A program made the translations under genes and the position numbers. Of a DNA stretch of 64,000 nucleotides, positions 17,162-26,273 are shown piece after piece. Origin of the DNA: a virus. The notes under the pieces are model-generated. The model was not told the origin of the DNA and ran no database searches. It saw only the letters and a program-made list of their open reading frames with translations. The DNA lies in IMG/VR virus record IMGVR_UViG_3300037258_000368, positions 2,287 through 66,286 of that record, one strand, 5' to 3'. The number at the start of each line of letters is the position of its first letter. Within the stretch, counting starts at the first letter, position 1.

Positions 17162-18576
17162 CGTGCGTCCTTATAGGGGTCGTAATCGGATCGATGCTGC
17201 GAGCGGCCCGGCTGGCCGGAGAAACCGCGGGGGAGGACCGGCTGCGCGAACGTCAGCATCAATCCGTCCATGTGATCCGGGCTGTACCCGAGCTTGATCT
17301 TGACCAGATCCTTCGGCTCCAACAGCAGCGCATCGCCTTTGAACGTATAAGTGGTTTTGGTCAGCGCCGCTGCAAGCTCGGGGCAATCGGGGATCTGGCC
17401 GCCGGCCTTGATCCAGGCGACGCATTCGAACGCCATCTCGGATCGCTTGTTGTAATAGCGCCGGTCATTCGGCTCGCCGGAGAACGGCACGCCGATCGGC
17501 GAACGGCCGAGCTGGCGCAGGCAATCGATGACGCCTACGGCCCAGCCACCGGTGTCGTCGATGAAGGTGGCGTCGGCGTTCCAATCCCCCCATTTGCGGG
17601 CGATCGCCCCAGCCATCTGAAAGCTGTTGATGTTGCGGTATTGCAGCGGGTTGAAGGCGATCAGGCCCTGCCGCGGGAAGATGATGTTCGAGTCGTCGCC
17701 GAACCGGGCGACGTCGACACCGAGCACCTTGGCCGCGTGGGCGATCTGGTCTTCTTTGTATCCGCGGCGCGTGGCGGCTGATACCTCGTCCGGGCCGATC
17801 AGCGTATTGATCGAGGATGGCGGGAAGCGGCCGAAGACGTTGACCAGCACCCACGGATTGTCGCGGCCGTACTTCTCGATCTGCTCGCGCGCCCATTCCG
17901 CTTTGACCCGGGGCGAGCGTTTCGGATCATCCGGATCGCCGGTAATTTCGACGATGAACCAGAGGCGGCGCTCGGTCGTGCACGCCGCGTAGAGCGGGCC
18001 GTCGAGCATGATCGGGTTGCCGGCCTGAACGATATGCGCCTCGATGCCGGTCGAGAGCGCGGCTTCGGCCGAGGCCATGACGGCCGACGGAATGCCGCCC
18101 GACTCGTCGAGGATGAACAGCACATAGTCGGCGTGCAGCCCGGCAAGCGTATCGGCCTGCTGCTGCGGGTCGGCACCTTGGCGCCAGCTCCGCGCGCTCA
18201 TCCACCAGGTCTCGGGGTGGTCGCGGCTGATGATCCGCGTCTTCTGCCACTCGAAAGTGCCCTTCAGCAGCTCCGATTTGGCCTGCCACTTCGCCATCTC
18301 GGTCCAGAGATTATCGGCGAGGTTCTCGCGCGTGATGCTCGTAGCGGCGATTTTCGGATGCGGCCGGGTCAGAAGGAAATTCCACGCCAGCCAGCTTTCG
18401 AGTGCGGTTTTGCCCGGACCCTTGCAGGCTTTCATCGCGATCCGCTGATGGTGCGGAAAGGCGGCGAGCACGTCGTCCTGCCAGGCGTCGGGCGTGACGC
18501 CGAACACCTCGCGGACGAAAACTTGGGGCTTCTCCCACCACTCGAGGATCTTGTCTTCGGCGAGAGCGACCGTCAT
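17158..18576 (-). CDS. terL: Terminase large subunit
   Basis: Walker A CKGPGKT, Walker B FILDES, AGNP, nuclease motifs GVDVARFGDD and SPDHMDGL. Confidence 0.95.
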   Translation of the reverse strand: MTVALAEDKILEWWEKPQVFVREVFGVTPDAWQDDVLAAFPHHQRIAMKACKGPGKTALESWLAWNFLLTRPHPKIAATSITRENLADNLWTEMAKWQAKSELLKGTFEWQKTRIISRDHPETWWMSARSWRQGADPQQQADTLAGLHADYVLFILDESGGIPSAVMASAEAALSTGIEAHIVQAGNPIMLDGPLYAACTTERRLWFIVEITGDPDDPKRSPRVKAEWAREQIEKYGRDNPWVLVNVFGRFPPSSINTLIGPDEVSAATRRGYKEDQIAHAAKVLGVDVARFGDDSNIIFPRQGLIAFNPLQYRNINSFQMAGAIARKWGDWNADATFIDDTGGWAVGVIDCLRQLGRSPIGVPFSGEPNDRRYYNKRSEMAFECVAWIKAGGQIPDCPELAAALTKTTYTFKGDALLLEPKDLVKIKLGYSPDHMDGLMLTFAQPVLPRGFSGQPGRSQHRSDYDPYKDAR

Positions 18577-19109
18577 TACGTCCTTTTCGCGACGGCTCCC
18601 ATCACGAGCTGCTCCAAGGTGAGCTTGCCGGTCAATTCGAGCTTGTCGTTGAAGATACCGAGGTGGCGGCCGAGGCTGTTGAGCGCGGCCAGCTTGTCGG
18701 CCAGCTTGAACTTCACCCGCTTGACGCCGAGTGCTTCCTCGCCGTGCCCGTCGGTGTATTCCTCGACCGTGACCTCGCTCAGCGCCGCGGCCTGATCGCG
18801 CGTCAGAGCGCTGAAATCGAGCGTCGGATTGCCACCGTGTCCGACCCGCATGTAGTCGAGCATGTTGGCGAAGCTGAGCTTTGCGAGTTCGGCGACCACG
18901 CGATCGGCGCTGATTTCGAGCCGCTCGCTGCGTTTCTCCATCTCGACGGCGATCGCGGCAGCGATTACGGGTTTTCTCAGGTTTTCCCAGCCGATGTCGT
19001 GCGCGGTCTTGGCGCTGTATCCGGCGCGGATGGCCGCTTGCGTAGCGTTCAGGTCTTGCAGGTATTCCTTGACGAACAGGGCCTGCTTTTTTCCGAGTTT
19101 AGATGGCAT
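18576..19109 (-). CDS. terS: Terminase small subunit
   Basis: KQALFVKEYLQDLNATQAAIRAGYS..DKLAALNSLGRHLGIF. Confidence 0.95.
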   Translation of the reverse strand: MPSKLGKKQALFVKEYLQDLNATQAAIRAGYSAKTAHDIGWENLRKPVIAAAIAVEMEKRSERLEISADRVVAELAKLSFANMLDYMRVGHGGNPTLDFSALTRDQAAALSEVTVEEYTDGHGEEALGVKRVKFKLADKLAALNSLGRHLGIFNDKLELTGKLTLEQLVMGAVAKRT

Positions 19110-19347
19110 CTCTCTGCTGGGGCTGCGCGTCTGGGCCGAGTAACTTGCGCAGGCGCTTTATGGGCTCGGCCATCGAGGGCATTTCGATGAGCGCGAGCGT
19201 CTCGCTGATTATCGTGGCCGCCGCGCGCTGGTCGCCTTCGCCGGCGAGCTGTGCCGCTCGCTGGCGCAAGCGTCCGGTCAATTCGGCGAGTTCGACCGCT
19301 GTTGCGTGTGTGACGTTTGTTGCACGGCCGAATTTATCGCGATACAT
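19099..19347 (-). CDS. Hypothetical protein
   Basis: MYRDKFGRAT..; overlaps terS start; TTGACA just upstream. Confidence 0.45.
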   Translation of the reverse strand: MYRDKFGRATNVTHATAVELAELTGRLRQRAAQLAGEGDQRAAATIISETLALIEMPSMAEPIKRLRKLLGPDAQPQQRDAI

Positions 19348-19386
19348 GACGTGCTCTACCCCTCTGTCAAAAAGGAAAAGCACGCC

Positions 19387-19827
19387 ATGCCATCAGCGAC
19401 TCTCACCAAAGCCGATTGCCTTTGGCTCGCCGCGCTGCAGCCGCCGCATTACAGCGCCGTGGAGTGGAAGGCCAAGCTGCTCGACATGATCGTTGCGGGC
19501 GATGTCTACGACGAAGGCTCGACGAGTGCATCGCAGCCGGCGCCCGCCATCAGCAAATTCTCGACCGAGTTGCTCGCCTTGATTCAGCAGGGCGGCGGCA
19601 ATAGCGGGATGAACCTCGACCAGCTCAAGCAGAAAACCGGGCGGGCGGGCAATATCATCGGTCGCGCGCTCGCGAGCCTGAAAGGTCAGAACCTCATCAA
19701 CGAGACCGCCGGCGGCGCCTATCTGGCCGTCGGTGCGAGCAACGTGCAGGGCATCGGCACCGGTCCGACGCCGGCAAGGCGCGGTCGGCGCCCCGGTACG
19801 CGGCAGGCCGCGGCGAACGCGGCCTAG
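19387..19827 (+). CDS. Putative winged-helix DNA-binding protein with basic tail
   Basis: AAGGA RBS; LLALIQQ..GMNLDQLKQKTG..IIGRALASLKGQNLI..GAY. Confidence 0.65.
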   Translation: MPSATLTKADCLWLAALQPPHYSAVEWKAKLLDMIVAGDVYDEGSTSASQPAPAISKFSTELLALIQQGGGNSGMNLDQLKQKTGRAGNIIGRALASLKGQNLINETAGGAYLAVGASNVQGIGTGPTPARRGRRPGTRQAAANAA

Positions 19828-20615
19828 AACGAGCCAGTACGAGCGCCGTCTAAGGCGGCGGCTGCTCGTGCGAGCACCCGGCGCACCTGGGTGCTATTCC
19901 AGCCAAAATTGCCGGCCGGAGTTTCTATCCCGCGCGCCGTAAGCGCCCTTGCCACATCGCCGAGCGAGCGGCATCCGGCCTTGCGAGCGGCCTCGATCAG
20001 CGGCAGCACGTCGCCGGCGTATTGATCGGCTTTGGCGGTGCGCGCCTTGCGCGCGACACGGGCATCGCCGAAACGATCGCCGCGGCGAAGATTAGGATTG
20101 CCCAGCTTGTCGATACGCTCGCCGGATCGCCGGGAGATCCAGCCGCGGCCTGCCGCCAGCTCGGCCTTGACGACCGCGAGCGCCGCGGTTGTGCGGCCCG
20201 AGATCGCCTCGGCTTCGTATTCCGCGAACGCGGCCATGATGTGCACGAGGATCTTCGTGGCGTGCGGGTTGTCGCATGCCACGAACTCGACGCCGGACTC
20301 CATGAGCCCGCTGATGAAATGAACATTGCGCGCGAGCCGGTCCAGCTTCGCGATTATCAAGATCGCACGCCGAAGGCGGCAGCTGCTCAGCGCTTCGGCC
20401 ATTTGGGGCCGGTGTCGCTTATTGGTCCCCGTCTCGATCTCGGTGTATTCGGCAATGACCGTGCCGCCGGCGCCGGTCACATGCTGGGTGACAGCCTGTC
20501 GTTGAGCCTCAAGACCGAGCCCGGAGACACCTTGTTTGTCCGTCGAGACCCGAAAATAGGATACGAAAAGCGGCCCTGCGCCGGCGCGTGTCGCGCTGCG
20601 GCGGGCGGTCCTCAT
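19824..20615 (-). CDS. Serine recombinase (resolvase family with short recombinase-type C-terminal domain)
   Basis: YFRVSTDKQGVSGLGLEAQ, AKLDRLARN, C-terminal ALTARGIETPAG..W..VRRVL. Confidence 0.92.
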   Translation of the reverse strand: MRTARRSATRAGAGPLFVSYFRVSTDKQGVSGLGLEAQRQAVTQHVTGAGGTVIAEYTEIETGTNKRHRPQMAEALSSCRLRRAILIIAKLDRLARNVHFISGLMESGVEFVACDNPHATKILVHIMAAFAEYEAEAISGRTTAALAVVKAELAAGRGWISRRSGERIDKLGNPNLRRGDRFGDARVARKARTAKADQYAGDVLPLIEAARKAGCRSLGDVARALTARGIETPAGNFGWNSTQVRRVLARAAAALDGARTGSF

Positions 20616-20658
20616 GGGCTGTCACTCTGATGCGCTCGTATGACCAGAGCGACATGGT

Positions 20659-21228
20659 TCAGTGGGGACGTGCGGCGCCCGCGCGCCGGTCGACCTCATC
20701 GAAATAATCGTGCAGCAGGTCGAGCCCTTCGCGGATCTTCTCGAGCCGCTGCGTCGTGCGCGGCACGTGGTCGTAAATGACGAGATCGTCGACCGCCATC
20801 GCGACGGCGGCGCCGTGCCGGCCGAGCGCCTGGCGGGCGGCGAGGTAATCGCTGCGATCGGCAGCACCCCGTTCCCCGTCGCTCATCTGGTCGAGCGCGG
20901 CCATTGCAACCTGGAAGCCGCCACTGGCTACCAAGTTGCCGAGAATCGAGGGGAGGACGAGAGGGCGTACCGCGCGCTTGAACAGCGCCGCATAGCGCAG
21001 GCCGGTGTAATGCTGAGCCGAGCTGATGTCGCGTTTCTCGCCGGGCTTTGGGTCGCGGACGTAAAGCACCCCGAGCGCATAGGAGGCATAGCGCTGCTTG
21101 CGATCGTCTGTGCCTACGAGAGCATGACGCCGTTCCTTTTGTTCATCGGTCGGGCCGTCATTTGTCGGGCGCAGCTTACCACATGGGTAACGCTCGCCGG
21201 GTCGTGGGCGGGGACCATGCTTAGCCAT
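20659..21228 (-). CDS. Putative late transcription activator (alphaproteobacterial phage type)
   Basis: GERYPCGKL..ALGVLY..ISSAQHYTGLRY..REGLDLLHDYF; sits between replication and packaging genes. Confidence 0.6.
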   Translation of the reverse strand: MAKHGPRPRPGERYPCGKLRPTNDGPTDEQKERRHALVGTDDRKQRYASYALGVLYVRDPKPGEKRDISSAQHYTGLRYAALFKRAVRPLVLPSILGNLVASGGFQVAMAALDQMSDGERGAADRSDYLAARQALGRHGAAVAMAVDDLVIYDHVPRTTQRLEKIREGLDLLHDYFDEVDRRAGAARPH

Positions 21229-21283
21229 TGGTTTCCCGCGCAAAGACGACAAATCCGCCTCGGCCAGAGACCGGGCGGACAAC

Positions 21284-21435
21284 ATTCTTGACGCTATGTA
21301 CTCGGAAGCTGCGCGCATTTTCGCACCCTGTCAAGAATCTTTCAAAGATTCATGCCATTTGTAGGAGTGTTACCCTGTAGATAGCACGCAAAATCGGAAT
21401 CGATGCGTTTTATGAACTATATCAATCTATTAAAA
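21284..21435. promoter_or_regulatory. AT-rich regulatory region with opposing TTGAC boxes and a palindrome
   Basis: attcttgac...gtcaagaat inverted pair; gaatcttt-c-aaagattc at 21335-21351. Confidence 0.55.
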
Positions 21436-22332
21436 TCACGCTGCTTCCGTTTCGCGCTTGTCATCCCAACCCTCCAACCGCATCCGTTTGTCGACTAGAT
21501 CGAAGACTTGGCGGGCTTCCTCGGGATCACCCATCTGCGTGGCCAGGTACGCCGACAATTCGCCGGGGCGGCCGGTCGCCTGAAGGTATCTCATGTGTTT
21601 GGCCCGCAGCGCCTCGCGTATCTGCTCGGCCGAGGGCTTTCCTCCTCTCATCGAGGCGCAACGGTCCAATGGGAAAGTCGTGTCAAACGTGTCCCGACGC
21701 GGCATCCGGCATGTCTGACGCACCTGCTCGACGCAGGTATCGACATGGAGGAGATCGTCGGCTGACCTGCCTTCGAAAGGCGCGGAGCGCACCTGATCCC
21801 CTTTTGCAGACTCCTTTAATCTTGAATCTCTCTCTTTCTCTTTCTCTGTGTCGCGCGCAACGCCCTGCGCAACGCTTGCAACGCCCCGCGCAACGCTTTG
21901 TGAGAGGCCTCCGGGCAGCTCCATGAGGAGTTCGCCTTGCCGCCGATCGCGACCATGGACCTCGCGGAACCGGCGCGATCGTCGAGCCGCCGAAGTTTCG
22001 GAGCGCGCGCCGGTTGCAGCGCTGGTCGGTAATTCCTGGCGCTTTGCCCATGCAGCGATGCGGTCTCCGACGATTTTGCCGAACTGTATAAAAACCGCGA
22101 CGATCCGCTTTACCTCGTCGAGCGGGACCCGGTTGAACGAGGCGATCACCGGGAGCAATCGCTCATATCCGGCGACCGAGCCGCGGTCGTCGCGTTCATT
22201 GGCGTACTCAAGGAGCGCGAAATAGGTCTGCGCTGCCACCGCTGGACTAGATCCGGATAGGTCCGCTACGGCTGGGAAAATCGGATCAGTGTGGGCGCCG
22301 TTCCACAGCTTGAGCCACATAAACGGTGTCAT
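21436..22332 (-). CDS. Phage replication initiator (replisome-organizer type)
   Basis: WLKLWNG..DP..W.KRQ..SAARRSRRFRE N-terminal domain followed by an iteron-bearing linker and EKEKE tract. Confidence 0.75.
   Translation of the reverse strand: MTPFMWLKLWNGAHTDPIFPAVADLSGSSPAVAAQTYFALLEYANERDDRGSVAGYERLLPVIASFNRVPLDEVKRIVAVFIQFGKIVGDRIAAWAKRQELPTSAATGARSETSAARRSRRFREVHGRDRRQGELLMELPGGLSQSVARGVASVAQGVARDTEKEKERDSRLKESAKGDQVRSAPFEGRSADDLLHVDTCVEQVRQTCRMPRRDTFDTTFPLDRCASMRGGKPSAEQIREALRAKHMRYLQATGRPGELSAYLATQMGDPEEARQVFDLVDKRMRLEGWDDKRETEAA
21815..21896. repeat. Probable replication origin: four GCAACGC iterons beside an AT/pyrimidine tract
   Basis: GCAACGC at 21857, 21869, 21878 and 21890 inside the initiator gene (lambda-O-like layout). 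Confidence 0.7.
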
Positions 22333-22564
22333 GGAATTCCCCCCTTTTGGGTCAGGTACGAAAAGCGAAGCATGTGCGCGGTGATGGAGATCCAGCCGTG
22401 AGGCGGCTTGCCGCTGTTGCCCAAAGCGGCCCATGCCATTTTCGCGGACACGCCGGTAGCGCGCCAAACCAGGATCGTCGCTTCGATGTCGAGAAGAGCA
22501 GCATCGGGCAGCAGCGGGAGCGAATTATCCCCACGTTGCACAGACTAATCCACAAGGGCCGGCC

Positions 22565-23083
22565 TCACGGCTCAAGCCCCGCGAAAAGGTCTCCCATATA
22601 CGATGGCGCGCGCCCAGCAGCTTTCTCTCGGGCGTTGGCTGTGTCGACCGCGGGCGTCAGCGGCCAGACCGTGATGCGCAACATCGGCTTCTCACTGTAC
22701 CGTTTGACGACACAGCCTTCCGCGATCTGTTTGTCATCTTTCCAGATCAGCGTATTGCAGCCGTCGCAAATTTTCCCGATGTTGTCCCAATCTGGCTTAA
22801 CGGTCGGCCGGATGATGCCGAGGAGCGCCTCGCGCTGGCGCTTCATCGACCAGCTCGTCGGGATTGGGAAATCCGCCTCGATGAAGACGCGCAGCGGGAT
22901 CCCGTCGGCGATGAGTGTGCGGCCTTCCATCGCCTTAGCGGCGGCAATCCGGAGGTTTCCCTCGTATTGCTCGCTTGCTGGATGGGAGTGCGTGACAAAC
23001 GCGCCGTTTTTCATGCGGTCGCGCCGCACCGAGCCCTTGCCGCGAGGATGTCCAAGCATCGTCACGACGATCGGGAAAGTCAT
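22565..23083 (-). CDS. rusA: RusA-family Holliday junction resolvase
   Basis: GHPRGKG..PTVKPDWDNIGKICDGCN..WKDDKQI. Confidence 0.9.
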   Translation of the reverse strand: MTFPIVVTMLGHPRGKGSVRRDRMKNGAFVTHSHPASEQYEGNLRIAAAKAMEGRTLIADGIPLRVFIEADFPIPTSWSMKRQREALLGIIRPTVKPDWDNIGKICDGCNTLIWKDDKQIAEGCVVKRYSEKPMLRITVWPLTPAVDTANAREKAAGRAPSYMGDLFAGLEP

Positions 23084-23175
23084 CGCCGCGGTCGGCCGCG
23101 GCGTTTCGCTGGAGGCTCGACATGCCCGCCGTTGTTTCCCGGCTCGGGCGCGGTCCAGCCAGCGCGACCCATTGC

Positions 23176-23787
23176 TCATATTGAGCACGTTCGGTTGTGG
23201 CGCTGAAAGGATTGCTCTCTTCCGGCTCTTGCGCCTTTACCCGCGACCGCGCCCAGCTCTAGGGCTGTTGCGAGCAGCGCTGCGCGCTCATTATTGCCGA
23301 GCGCGCGTCCGATCTCATAATCGGCATGGCCGTATTCCGGATAGGCGGCCGCATGGTCGCGGTCACCGCGCAGTCCGTCCTCCTTGCCGATCCTGCGCGC
23401 CTTCTTGTCAGGAGGCGTGGGCGCCCGAGGGATGGGCGCCCGATTTGCAGGCCGCGCCAGGTCCAGATTGACGGCGAGTGCCGGGAAGTCGTGGGCGGCA
23501 ATCAGGACGACAGCGCGGCTGACGACGGTGCGCATCGCGTCCTGGACAAAGGTGGCGAAATAGACCTGCTGTTTCTCGGACAGCTTATGCCAGGGCTCGC
23601 GCAACTCGCGCAGGATGTCGAGCACCAAGTCGCGCATGTCGCCGGCGAGCGTTTCGGCGTCAAGCTCCGGCCGATAGTTCGCCATCCAGTCAGGTAGGGC
23701 CTCTTCGGCTTGCCCGAGGATCTCGTCCTCCAAGGCATGCCCCTTACCAGAGTTGACTTCTGCGGCGCTCGCGGTATTTTTGCTCAC
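23176..23787 (-). CDS. Hypothetical phage protein
   Basis: ETLAGDMRDLVLD..PWHKLSEKQQ..AVVLIAA pattern of alphaproteobacterial phages. Confidence 0.7.
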   Translation of the reverse strand: MSKNTASAAEVNSGKGHALEDEILGQAEEALPDWMANYRPELDAETLAGDMRDLVLDILRELREPWHKLSEKQQVYFATFVQDAMRTVVSRAVVLIAAHDFPALAVNLDLARPANRAPIPRAPTPPDKKARRIGKEDGLRGDRDHAAAYPEYGHADYEIGRALGNNERAALLATALELGAVAGKGARAGREQSFQRHNRTCSI

Positions 23788-23852
23788 CCAAATACCCTCT
23801 TATTTTGTGCCCACGCCCGGCAGCTTGTAGCGAAGCTGCCGGGTCGCTCACG

Positions 23853-24053
23853 TTATGCAGCGGTCTCGTCCAGGAGCCGCTCGTCGAGAGCCACGCCCTC
23901 GGCCTCGCAGATTTTTATCAGTCGGCGATGTAGCCGCGCCGGGAAGCGATTTTCCCTACGCCAATTACTGACGGCGCTGGGCACGAGCCCGAATCGCGCT
24001 GCGACCTTAAAGGTGCCCCCGAGGGCCTCAACGACATCGTCTACGGTCATCAT
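23853..24053 (-). CDS. Cro-like HTH regulator
   Basis: VDDVVEALGG..VAARFG..SAVSNWRR..FP; first gene of the leftward operon. Confidence 0.85.
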   Translation of the reverse strand: MMTVDDVVEALGGTFKVAARFGLVPSAVSNWRRENRFPARLHRRLIKICEAEGVALDERLLDETAA

Positions 24054-24059
24054 CCCACC

Positions 24060-24152
24060 AAGCTATTCAGCGCAACTGACTCTTGTCAAGCGGCACGATT
24101 CAACCACCCTGCATATTCCCCATTGACAGAGACTTGGGGCAACATTCATTAT
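24060..24152. promoter_or_regulatory. Divergent sigma70-like promoters
   Basis: Minus-strand TTGACA (24084-89) with TAGCTT just before the cro ATG (near-leaderless); plus-strand TTGACA (24123-28) with CATTAT. Confidence 0.7.
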
Positions 24153-24202
24153 CTGTGAAGCGTTGGGCAGGGCAATCGTGCCGGCCGATAGGAGATCCTG
24201 AG

Positions 24203-24424
24203 ATGACACAGACTGCAAAATATATCGCGGAAATCGGCGGATCGAGCTGGGCGCGCGGCCCGCGTCTTGAGTGCGCGACCATCCGCGAGGCGCGCAAGAC
24301 GGCGGAGGAATACGGCACCACGGCCGATTACTGCTACATCTACAACGCCAAAGGTCGGCTGGTCGGGTCGCACCATCGCGACACATCCGGTGATGGCACA
24401 CGCTGGTTCCGGGCTGTCGCCTAA
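24203..24424 (+). CDS. Early hypothetical protein
   Basis: AGGAG RBS; MTQTAKYIAEIGG.. Confidence 0.7.
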   Translation: MTQTAKYIAEIGGSSWARGPRLECATIREARKTAEEYGTTADYCYIYNAKGRLVGSHHRDTSGDGTRWFRAVA

Positions 24425-24488
24425 CTCGCGGCTCCAATCCCTCCCATCATCAGCCCGCTCCTACAGAGGCAGCAGGGGAGACATTTTG

Positions 24489-24674
24489 ATGCCGCCGACC
24501 TACGACGAATACGACGACGAAGAAGAGAGCTTCGGCGAGGGCGAGTGTACCTGCCTGAGAATCGGTCGCGGAGGCAACGATCCCGACGCGGGATGGCGGC
24601 GCGACCGCAACTGCCCCGTCCACGGCGAAGACCCGGACTATGCGCTTGAGCGCAGGAGGGACGACGAGCGATGA
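24489..24674 (+). CDS. Small Cys/His metal-binding hypothetical protein
   Basis: CTC..NCPVHGEDPD; GGGGAG RBS. Confidence 0.65.
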   Translation: MPPTYDEYDDEEESFGEGECTCLRIGRGGNDPDAGWRRDRNCPVHGEDPDYALERRRDDER

Positions 24675-24729
24675 CTGAGATGTTGATCCGGCTGGGGCTG
24701 GCGTGGCTGGCAATTAATGCTTTGGTGGT

Positions 24730-25035
24730 GTGTGTCCTGTTGATGGGAGCGAAGCGGTGAGCGCGCTATTTGGTGAGTCCAACCGTGTTCCCCGCCTATC
24801 GGGGCAGGAAGAGATAGTCCTGACGTACCTGATGCGTGGCATCACTAATAAGTCGATCGCCCGAGAACTCGGAATCGCCGAAGCGACTGTGAAGGTTTAC
24901 GTCAAGAATTTGTTGCACAAGCTCCGGGTACAGAACCGCACACAGGCGGCTATTTGGGGCATTAACCGATCCGCAGTGATGACGGTGATCGGGAGCGCCA
25001 GCGCGGTTGGGGGAGGATTGAGCGATGGCGATTGA
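24730..25035 (+). CDS. LuxR-family HTH regulator (stand-alone; start uncertain)
   Basis: LSGQEEIVL..GITNKSIARELGIAEATVKVYVKNLLHKL..NRTQAA. Confidence 0.85.
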   Translation: MCPVDGSEAVSALFGESNRVPRLSGQEEIVLTYLMRGITNKSIARELGIAEATVKVYVKNLLHKLRVQNRTQAAIWGINRSAVMTVIGSASAVGGGLSDGD

Positions 25036-25177
25036 TCGCAGCGAGATCAACCGGGCGCTGGCGAAAGCCATTGCCTATAAGCAATGCGGCAAGCAACGCG
25101 AAGCCGAGAATTGGGCGCGCGTGCTGGTGCGATTGCTGGAATGTCACGAAATCCTTGTGGGGACAGGCCCACTCTAA
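25025..25177 (+). CDS. Small hypothetical protein (50 aa)
   Basis: Hand-translated MAIDRSEINRALAKAIAYKQCGKQREAENWARVLV..; GGAGG RBS. Confidence 0.7.
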   Translation: MAIDRSEINRALAKAIAYKQCGKQREAENWARVLVRLLECHEILVGTGPL

Positions 25178-25196
25178 CGCGCGTGAAGGAACGAAA

Positions 25197-25565
25197 ATGG
25201 CTACAAAGTTCTCCCGGCATATTGAAGGCGCATGCGGGCTATTGCGGCAGGACGTTCCTCCGACGGAGGAATACCTCGCCTCTATCGCGATCAGCCTCAA
25301 GCGGCTCGCGGACGCGGAATGCGATGATATTCTTCAAAGCCGAGGCGTCCGCCCTTCGATACCGCCCCCCATTCCCTGGAAGGTCACGGCTATCCTGGAC
25401 CAAGCGCACGTCGCGCTGCGGACGATAGATGCGGAGGTTGTGGTTATCGAGCTAGACAAAGCCGTCGTAACCCGGCCGGCGCTCGACCGCGTTGGGAACG
25501 CCATCGCCGCCATCGAGGAGTTCGCCCGCGAGCACGGGATCACGCTAACGGAATTCAGGCAATGA
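25197..25565 (+). CDS. Hypothetical protein
   Basis: AAGGA RBS; YLASIAISLKRLAD motif. Confidence 0.6.
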   Translation: MATKFSRHIEGACGLLRQDVPPTEEYLASIAISLKRLADAECDDILQSRGVRPSIPPPIPWKVTAILDQAHVALRTIDAEVVVIELDKAVVTRPALDRVGNAIAAIEEFAREHGITLTEFRQ

Positions 25566-25759
25566 CTGCGACATCCGATTACCTCAACCGCCCGCTGCGC
25601 GGCCTCGATGAGGTATTGCGCCAACGCGCCCGCAAGCTGGTCGTCGATATCGCCGAGGAGGCTGGGCTGCATCGCTGTCCCAACGCGACCGTTCCCGGTC
25701 CGGCCGTGCTGTGCGGCTGCGGGCCGGGGAAATGCGCCAGCAAGGAGACGAAGCGATGA
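25562..25759 (+). CDS. Hypothetical Cys-rich small protein
   Basis: ATGA coupling at both ends. Confidence 0.55.
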   Translation: MTATSDYLNRPLRGLDEVLRQRARKLVVDIAEEAGLHRCPNATVPGPAVLCGCGPGKCASKETKR

Positions 25760-26019
25760 AGATGCAGCCGGTGGCATCATCGACGATCGCCAAGATCGGC
25801 CACGAGAACGGCACGCTCGCCGTGCGCTTTGTCAATCGCACCAGGAAGGACGGAACCAACATTCCCGGCGCGCTCTACGAATATGACGGGGTGCCAGCCT
25901 CTTTGTATCGAACGCTGCTCGCCGCCGATCGCAATCCGAAGCAGAGCGTCGGACAGGCATTTGACCGGTTCGTGAAGAACGCGAAGCCGCCCTATCCTTA
26001 CCGAAGGATCGACCAATGA
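25756..26019 (+). CDS. KTSC-domain protein
   Basis: PVASSTIAKIGH..LAVRF..YEYDGVP..SVGQAF. Confidence 0.88.
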   Translation: MKMQPVASSTIAKIGHENGTLAVRFVNRTRKDGTNIPGALYEYDGVPASLYRTLLAADRNPKQSVGQAFDRFVKNAKPPYPYRRIDQ

Positions 26020-26261
26020 AAATCACGCTCGAAAATACCGACAAGATCATCGAGGCCGAGGTCGATTGCGCCCTGGTCAATGCCCGAGTTTGGGAAGGTA
26101 CGACCGAAAGCGGTATCCCGGTTGTCGCCTTTATCGTTCGGATTTCGCCGCAGACGCATGACCCCGAGGCCAATGCCCTCTTCGCCCGCGAGCTGATCGA
26201 GACACGCAAGGCGACTATCAAGCCGTTCGCAGGCGGCATTTCGCTCCGCTACATCCTCTAA
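26016..26261 (+). CDS. Hypothetical protein
   Basis: ARVWEGTTESGIPVVAFI; coupled. Confidence 0.75.
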   Translation: MKITLENTDKIIEAEVDCALVNARVWEGTTESGIPVVAFIVRISPQTHDPEANALFARELIETRKATIKPFAGGISLRYIL

Positions 26262-26273
26262 AAGGGCGACCAA

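Noticed and set aside
19824-20615. Calling the recombinase a large serine integrase
   Set aside because: Only 263 aa, lacks the Zn-ribbon/coiled-coil region, and no att site or host junction is visible
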